52,112 nucleotides of DNA. Origin: Acidobacteriota bacterium (GTDB taxonomy: Bacteria; Acidobacteriota; Aminicenantia; Aminicenantales; UBA4085). A program made the translations under genes and the position numbers. Under the pieces are notes generated by a model. The model ran no database searches and was not told the origin of the DNA. It saw nothing but the letters and a program-made list of their open reading frames with translations. This document shows, piece by piece, positions 46,605 to 52,112 of the stretch (position 1 is its first letter; every line of letters starts with the position of its first letter). The stretch spans positions 1-52,112 of the forward strand of contig JAQULS010000002.1 of NCBI GenBank assembly GCA_028749235.1. The letters are read 5' to 3'.

Positions 46605-48020
46605 GTGCATTCCCTACGGCTGAAGCTGATCGTCGGATCGCTCGCCGTGCTCACGGCGGTCATCCTCAGTTTCGATGCCTTCCTTTTAATCGCCAAACGG
46701 GGCGCCCTTCTGGATGTCCTTGACAGCCGGCTTTTCGCCGAATCCCAGTCTCTCGCCCTGCGCTTGGAAATCGCCGGAGGGAAGCCGTCCTTCGATCCGG
46801 CCGACGAAGCAGGCGCCGAATCCGCGGCCTCGCCGCAGGTTCGGATCGCGGCCGCAAACGGGCGGACCATCTATCAATCGCCGCAGGTCTCGGACTTGGC
46901 CTGGCCGGCGGTCCCCGAACGGGCGGAAGCTCCCGTTTGGAAAACGGTAAACGCCGGACGAAGCGGAGCCTGGCGCGCGGTGACCTGGGTGGATCGCTTA
47001 GAAATCGACGCGGGCGCGGGCGCGGGCGAACAGGCCGCGGCCCGGCCGGAGACGACGATCGCGGTCGTTGTTCAATGCGCCGAGTCCCTGGCCGAGACGA
47101 AGGAAGAGATGCGGGAGCTGGCTTCGCTGCTGGCCCTTTTGTCCCTGGCCGCCTTCCTGATCGCGGGAGGCGGAAGCTTTCTCCTAGCCGGAAGGGCCTT
47201 GCGACCGATCCGGCGCATCAACCGGGCCTTGGCTGGCGTTTCGGAAACTCGCCTCGACGGGCGGATCGCGGCCCGGGAATTCGACCGGGAGCTTCAGCCC
47301 CTCATCGAGCAACTGAACGCGGCCTTGGACCGGCTGCAAAAGGGATTCCAGCGGGAACGCCAGTTCACTTCCGACGCCTCGCATGAACTGCGCACGCCGG
47401 TCGCCTCGATTCTCAACTCGATTGAAGTCCTACTGCGGCGGCCCCGCACGGAACCGGAGCTCGTCGAAGCCCATCGCGACAATTGGCAGACGGCCCGGTC
47501 GATGCAGACGATCATCGAAGGCCTGCTTCTCCTGGCCCGGATGGACGCGGGCAAGGCCCCGATGGCCGAAGAGGAAATCCCCTTGGCCCCTTTCATCGAA
47601 GACGTTCTGGCCGCGGCCGCTCCCGAGGCCGAAGCCGGGTCCGTGCGCCTGGCGCAAGCCGTGGACCCGGGACTCCGGATCCTGGCCGATCCCGCCCAAC
47701 TACGACTCGCCCTGTCCAACCTGGTCGACAACGCCGTTCGGTACAACCGCCCGCGCGGAAGCGTCACGGTGACCGCCCGGACCACGGAAGGCGGGACGAC
47801 GATCGAAGTCCGGGATACGGGAATCGGCATTCTGCCCGCCGAACTGCCCCGGATCTTCGAGCGATTTTACCGGATCGATCCTTCGCGGACCGAAGCCACG
47901 GGGGGGAGCGGGCTAGGGTTGTCTATCGTCCAAAAAGTCGTTGAGACCCGCGGCGGCCGCGTGACCGCAGCCAGCGATTCTTCGGGGAGCGTTTTCACGA
48001 TCATCTGGCCGCGCCGTTGA
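46605..48020 (+). CDS. Sensor histidine kinase (periplasmic loop, HAMP, HisKA, HATPase)
   Basis: H-box SHELRTPVASI, N and G boxes (NAVRYN, DTGIGI, GGSGLGLSIV). GTG start 1 nt after the RR stop. Confidence 0.85.
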   Translation: MHSLRLKLIVGSLAVLTAVILSFDAFLLIAKRGALLDVLDSRLFAESQSLALRLEIAGGKPSFDPADEAGAESAASPQVRIAAANGRTIYQSPQVSDLAWPAVPERAEAPVWKTVNAGRSGAWRAVTWVDRLEIDAGAGAGEQAAARPETTIAVVVQCAESLAETKEEMRELASLLALLSLAAFLIAGGGSFLLAGRALRPIRRINRALAGVSETRLDGRIAAREFDRELQPLIEQLNAALDRLQKGFQRERQFTSDASHELRTPVASILNSIEVLLRRPRTEPELVEAHRDNWQTARSMQTIIEGLLLLARMDAGKAPMAEEEIPLAPFIEDVLAAAAPEAEAGSVRLAQAVDPGLRILADPAQLRLALSNLVDNAVRYNRPRGSVTVTARTTEGGTTIEVRDTGIGILPAELPRIFERFYRIDPSRTEATGGSGLGLSIVQKVVETRGGRVTAASDSSGSVFTIIWPRR

Positions 48021-48070
48021 GCGGGATCTTGTTCATGCGGTATTCGTCTTCGCCGCCATAGTATGGCGCC

Positions 48071-48581
48071 GTGATCTCCGGAAAGACCGCGGCCGCCCTG
48101 ATCGGCCTCCTCGCGCTCGCGCTCCCTCTATCGGCCCAGCATAGCCGGCCCGACGTCATCCAGGCCGTCCCGGCCAAGTCTCCCGTCCGGTTGGACGGAG
48201 TTTTGGATGAGCCGGACTGGGCCGCCGCCCCGCGGATCTCCAACTTCAGCCAGCGCGAGCTCAACGAAAACCAGCCGGCGACGGAACGGACCGAAGTCGC
48301 CGTCCTCTTCTCTAAGACGGAACTGCGGCTCGGCGTGATGGTCCTGCAAACGGAAAAGACGGACGCGGCCCGGTCGCTGAATTTTTCCATCGTACGCTAT
48401 AAACAGGACCTCGGGGAACAATCTTCGATCGGGCTCCTGGCCTTCGGGGCGGCCCAGGCCGGGAGCTTCGCTCTACTTCGTCCTCAACCAGTTCGGCGAC
48501 ACCCTCGACCCGCATCGGAATTTGCGTCTGAATAAGACCGCGGCCATGCTCAAGTTCGTCTGGTATTTCGGAACTCATTGA
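48071..48581 (+). pseudogene. Decayed remnant of a large secreted CBM9/DUF5916-like protein
   Basis: Signal peptide plus N-terminal VRLDGVLDEPDWAAAP...TEVAVLF (about 110 aa). A short mid-family-like piece follows. A frame-shifted C-terminal-like tail LYFVLNQFGDTLDP...MLKFVWYF ends at 48581. Intact family members are several hundred aa longer. Confidence 0.45.
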
Positions 48582-48660
48582 GTCGGGCGTCCGTTCATCA
48601 TCCGTTCAGGCGGGCCGGAGTAGCGTGGCAACGATGAACATTTCAAACAGGAGAATACCG

Positions 48661-49131
48661 ATGAAGAAGAAAATGTGGATGGTCGCGGCGGTCCTGGGAC
48701 TGGCCCTGATCCTGACCGGAGTCGCCGCGGCGCAGGAAAAGCCCAAGGCGGCGACGGTTAACCTCAAGGTCCTCCCGCCCGTCGTCCTAAAAGCCTTCCA
48801 AGCGGCCTATCCCAACGCCGTGATCAAGGGCGCTTCCAAGGAAACGGAGAAGGGGGCAACCCAGTACGAAGTGGAGAGTATGGACGGCGCCCTCAATCGC
48901 GATCTTCTCTACGCGGCCGACGGCAAGATTCTCGAGATCGAGGAATCGACCGCCCCGGAGAACCTCCCGGCGCCCGTCAAGCAGATCCTGGCCAAAGACT
49001 ACGCCGGGGCCAAGATCCTCAGGGCTGAGATCCTGACTAAGGCCGGCGTCAAGTCTTTCGAGCTGGCCATCGAGCTCAAAGGCAAAAAAATGGAAGTGAC
49101 GATCGACCCCCAGGGCAAGATCGTCAAATGA
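48661..49131 (+). CDS. Secreted PepSY-like / beta-lactamase-inhibitor-like repeat protein
   Basis: Signal peptide MKKKMWMVAAVLGLALILTGVAAA. Two repeats of the LP.V.KAF...YP.A.I pattern. AGGAG RBS. Confidence 0.65.
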   Translation: MKKKMWMVAAVLGLALILTGVAAAQEKPKAATVNLKVLPPVVLKAFQAAYPNAVIKGASKETEKGATQYEVESMDGALNRDLLYAADGKILEIEESTAPENLPAPVKQILAKDYAGAKILRAEILTKAGVKSFELAIELKGKKMEVTIDPQGKIVK

Positions 49132-49237
49132 ACCCGCTCGATACCCCGGGCTTTAGCCCGGGGTATTAACAGGGTTAATACTGAGCGACGCTTTTTACCC
49201 CGATTTAAAAATCGGAGTCTGAGCACCGCGAACGTAT
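49132..49237 (+). repeat. Copy C of the ~106-nt two-hairpin intergenic element
   Basis: Aligns end-to-end with 6609-6714. Starts immediately after a stop codon. The hairpin-1 loop is the reverse complement of that in copy A (CTTTAG vs CTAAAG). Confidence 0.85.
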
Positions 49238-49345
49238 CGCACGGTTCCGAGGGGTCGGCCCGGACACCCGGGTCGATCCCTCGGCTTGACCGCAGGGGGG
49301 CAAAGCCTTATCATTCCCAGGCTGTCCTGGAGCGCAGAAAACACC

Positions 49346-49600
49346 ATGTTCGGCAACATCGGCATGTCCGAGATGATGATCATCATGGTCATCGCCCTGC
49401 TTGTGTTCGGCCCCAAGAAGCTGCCCGAAATCGGCCGCTCGATCGGCAAGGCCATGCGCGAGTTCAAGAAATCGACCGAGGAGATCAAGGACCGCTTCGA
49501 GGAGCAGATCCGGGCCGATGACCTGCGGGACATCCAGGACGGCATCAAAAAGGACCTTAAGGACATCACCACGGATGAGGAAGGCAAGAAAATCACCTGA
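49346..49600 (+). CDS. tatA: Twin-arginine translocase subunit TatA/E
   Basis: MFGNIGMSEMMIIMVIALLVFGPKKLPEIGRSIGKAMREFK, the canonical TatA N-terminus. Confidence 0.87.
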   Translation: MFGNIGMSEMMIIMVIALLVFGPKKLPEIGRSIGKAMREFKKSTEEIKDRFEEQIRADDLRDIQDGIKKDLKDITTDEEGKKIT

Positions 49601-49604
49601 CGAG

Positions 49605-50351
49605 ATGACCTTCCTCGAGCATCTGGAGGATCTCCGCAAGCGGCTCTTCCTGTGCTTCATCTCGATCTTCGTGGCCGTGCTGCCGGCCTACGTCTTCAGC
49701 AAGGACATCTACGCCTTCCTGGCCCGGCCGCTGACCCAGTTCCTGCCCGAGGGCCAGCCCATGGCGTTCCTCAAGCTGACCGAGCCCTTCATGCTCTACA
49801 TCAAGGTCTCCTTCATCACGGCGCTCTTCGCCGTCTCGCCGTTCCTTTTCTATCAGATCTGGAAATTCATCGCCCCGGGCCTCTACCAGAAAGAGAAAAA
49901 GTACGTCATGCCGTTCGTGCTCTTCACCACGATCTTCTTCATAGGCGGAGCGGCCTTTTCCTACTACGTCGCCTATCCCTTCGCCTGCCGCTTCTTCCTG
50001 GACCTGGGGAGCGATTTTAAAGCCGTCATCACGGTCGACCAGTTCTTCAACCTGACCGTCAAGATGCTGATCGGCGTCGGCCTGGTCTTCGAGATGCCCA
50101 CCCTCATCTTCTTCCTGGCCCGCATGGGCATCGTGACCTCGAAATGGATGGTCAAGAACATCAAGTACGCGGTGCTGGCGATCTTCGTCATCGCCGCCGT
50201 CATCACTCCCTCGCCCGACATGGTCAACCAGCTGATCCTGGCCGTCCCCATGCTCGTTCTCTACGGCATCAGCATCCTGGTCGCGCTCCTCTTCGGCCGG
50301 GAACGGAAGGACCGCAAAGCCCGCAAGGAAGAGGCCTCTCCGGCCGGCTGA
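49605..50351 (+). CDS. tatC: Twin-arginine translocase subunit TatC
   Basis: MTFLEHLEDLRKRL start and a six-TM TatC pattern. Confidence 0.9.
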   Translation: MTFLEHLEDLRKRLFLCFISIFVAVLPAYVFSKDIYAFLARPLTQFLPEGQPMAFLKLTEPFMLYIKVSFITALFAVSPFLFYQIWKFIAPGLYQKEKKYVMPFVLFTTIFFIGGAAFSYYVAYPFACRFFLDLGSDFKAVITVDQFFNLTVKMLIGVGLVFEMPTLIFFLARMGIVTSKWMVKNIKYAVLAIFVIAAVITPSPDMVNQLILAVPMLVLYGISILVALLFGRERKDRKARKEEASPAG

Positions 50352-50360
50352 GGCGCCCGC

Positions 50361-50900
50361 ATGGCCCCCCCATACCGCCTGATCGGCCTGACCGGGACGA
50401 ACGGCTCCGGCAAGGGCGAAGCCGCCGACTGGCTGCGCGGGCGCGGCTACTCTTATCTCTCGCTCTCCGACGTCATCCGGGACGAGCTTCGCCGCGACGG
50501 CATCCCCGAGACGCGCGACGCCCTGATCGCGCGGGGCAACGCCTTGCGGCAGGCCTTCGGGCCCGACGTCCTGGCTCGGCGGGTGTTGGCCCGGGTGGAA
50601 GGCCCGACGGTCGTCGACAGCATCCGCAATCCGGAGGAAGTGGCGGCCCTGCGGCGCGAAGAGGGGTTCGTCCTGATCGCCTTCGACGCTCCCGCCGCCC
50701 TCCGTTTCGAGCGAGTCGTCCGGCGCGGCCGGGATGAATCGGCGGCCGACCTCGAGGCCTTCCTCCGCAAGGAAGCCGAAGAACGCGGCTCGGACCCGGC
50801 CGCGCAGCAGATCGACGCCTGCATCGCCCTGGCCGACATCCGGATCACGAACGGCGGCACGCTCGAGGACCTGCATCGCAGCCTGGAGGAAGCCCTATGA
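50361..50900 (+). CDS. P-loop nucleotide kinase (CoaE/dNMP-kinase-like)
   Basis: Walker A LTGTNGSGKGE. About 180 aa. ATGA-coupled to the dCMP deaminase gene. Confidence 0.65.
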   Translation: MAPPYRLIGLTGTNGSGKGEAADWLRGRGYSYLSLSDVIRDELRRDGIPETRDALIARGNALRQAFGPDVLARRVLARVEGPTVVDSIRNPEEVAALRREEGFVLIAFDAPAALRFERVVRRGRDESAADLEAFLRKEAEERGSDPAAQQIDACIALADIRITNGGTLEDLHRSLEEAL

Positions 50901-51409
50901 CCCAGTCACGGATCAGCAAGGACGAGTATTACCTGGGCATCGCCCGGTAGGTCGGCCGGAGGAGCACCTGCTTCCGCCGGACCATCGGGGCGCTCATCGT
51001 CCGCGACGACCAGATCATCTCCACCGGCTATGTCGGCGCCCCGCGTAAGACCCGGGACAGCATCTCCCACGGCTTCTGCCTGCGGGACAAGCTGGCCATC
51101 CCGCACGGCCAGCGCTACGAGCTGTGCCGCTCGGTCCACGCCGAGCAGAACGCCATCATCAACGCCGCCCGGGCCGGGGTCAGTCTCCTCGGCGGCGACA
51201 TGTACATCTTCGGCAGCGAGCCCGGCGACGGCGGGAAACCCGTCAACGCCTTCCCCTGCTACATCTGCAAGAAAATGATCATCAACGCCGGCCTCGACCG
51301 GGTCATCTGCTCCACGGCCGACGGAGAATTTCTCGTGTTCCGGATCGAGGATTGGGCCACGGCCTGGCGCGAAGGAGACATCCTCGATGACACCCACCAA
51401 TACGGATAA
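50897..51409 (+). pseudogene. comEB: dCMP deaminase (ComEB-type) interrupted by one in-frame TAG at codon 18
   Basis: The frame from ATG 50897 reads MTQSRISKDEYYLGIAR-TAG-VGRRSTCFRR...HAEQNAI...PCYICKKM...*. Catalytic HAE and PCxxC motifs are intact. TAG at 50948-50950 is the only disruption. Confidence 0.75.
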
Positions 51410-52112
51410 GCGGCCGGCCGGGAGAGGATTTCGGGCCCGGCGGATCGCGCGGGGCTGCCTGTTCGCGGCCGCGCTGGCGGTGATCGCGGCGTCCGGGCCG
51501 GCCCAGGATCTCCCCGTCCCCCCTTCCGCGCCCGCCGACGGCCCTCTGCTCCCGTTTCTCGGGCTGTCCGCCTCGCCGGAATCGATCGATTACGTCGTCA
51601 ACAAGACGCAGTTCCAGCTCCACACCCTGTCGACCGAACAGCGCCATCCCAAGACCTGGACTTTGAGCGAAAAGATCCGCTCCGACACCGAGGGCGGCCT
51701 GCGGATGCTCCTGTCCGTGGACGCGGACGTTACGGCCCGCCTCGAGGCGCTGGCCGCCCGGCCGCAGGATCTGGAGCAGATGACGGCCGAGATCGGCCGC
51801 GCCCTGGCGGAACGGCGCCGGATCTTCGTCTACGGCTGCGGGGCGACGGGCCGCCTGGCCAAACAGATGGAGAGCGGATTCTGGCGCCCCTTCTGGCGCC
51901 GGCTCAAGGCGGACCCCGGGATCTGGGCCAGGATCGAGAGCCGCCTCGACCCGGCCGTCGAGGAATCCCTGATCGGCGAGATGACCGGAGCCGACCGGGC
52001 CCTGATCAGCTCGCTCGAGGGCTTCGAGGAAATCCCCCTCATCGGCCGCCTCCAGCTCAAGGACCGCGGCATCCTGCCCGGCGACGGCGTCCTGGCCGTC
52101 ACCGAGGGCGGC
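51387..52112 (+). CDS. SIS-domain protein (MurQ/GckR-like), partial, runs off window
   Basis: Open frame from ATG 51387 to the window end: signal-like N-terminus, LSTEQRHPKT and IFVYGCGATGRLA motifs. Absent from the ORF track because it has no stop in the window. Confidence 0.5.
   Translation, partial: MTPTNTDKRPAGRGFRARRIARGCLFAAALAVIAASGPAQDLPVPPSAPADGPLLPFLGLSASPESIDYVVNKTQFQLHTLSTEQRHPKTWTLSEKIRSDTEGGLRMLLSVDADVTARLEALAARPQDLEQMTAEIGRALAERRRIFVYGCGATGRLAKQMESGFWRPFWRRLKADPGIWARIESRLDPAVEESLIGEMTGADRALISSLEGFEEIPLIGRLQLKDRGILPGDGVLAVTEGG

Overview
High-GC, gene-dense bacterial chromosomal window. Long antisense ORFs rich in Arg, Pro, Gly and Asp are composition artefacts. The host is probably a diderm, since lpxK, lpxL-like and gmhA are present. 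Main blocks follow. (1) 182-9791: a bidirectional ArsR-controlled arsenic and thiol-redox island. One arm carries arsC, a ferredoxin, a split permease, a cupin, YeeE/YedE and a UPF0718 permease. The other arm carries arsR, two thioredoxin-fold proteins, ccdA, acr3, a radical SAM/SPASM enzyme with an AbrB-like N-terminus, an unannotated 57-codon Cys-cluster peptide, and a 91-aa unknown. (2) 9800-21700: vapBC, stress proteins, eno, ogt, an M20 amidohydrolase, comEC, lpxK, lpxL-like and rph. (3) 21695-27800: a radical SAM gene with a separate SPASM ORF, a flotillin, and an aspartate-aminotransferase fused to a P-loop domain. The 3' end of that fusion lies in a 90-bp tandem repeat that keeps a coding signature beyond two in-frame TAG codons. 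(4) 27794-36962: a type IV pilus cluster, pilB-pilT-pilC-pilS-pilR-plsC-gmhA, then a truncated pilin cassette, then a sigma-54-driven pilA. (5) 37221-45732: tRNA-Arg and tRNA-Pro, mutL, mtaB-like, purE, purD, SHMT-like, rpiB and ctp. (6) 45932-52112: an OmpR/HK pair, a decayed gene remnant, a PepSY-like protein, tatA, tatC, a nucleotide kinase, a dCMP deaminase with an in-frame TAG, and a partial SIS-domain gene. A ~106-nt two-hairpin intergenic element occurs three times (6609, 28432, 49132). The best novelty candidates are the rSAM/SPASM plus Cys-cluster peptide module in the ars operon, the possible TAG-readthrough loci, the repeat element family and the silent pilin cassette. All calls come from manual reading of motifs; no database search was possible.
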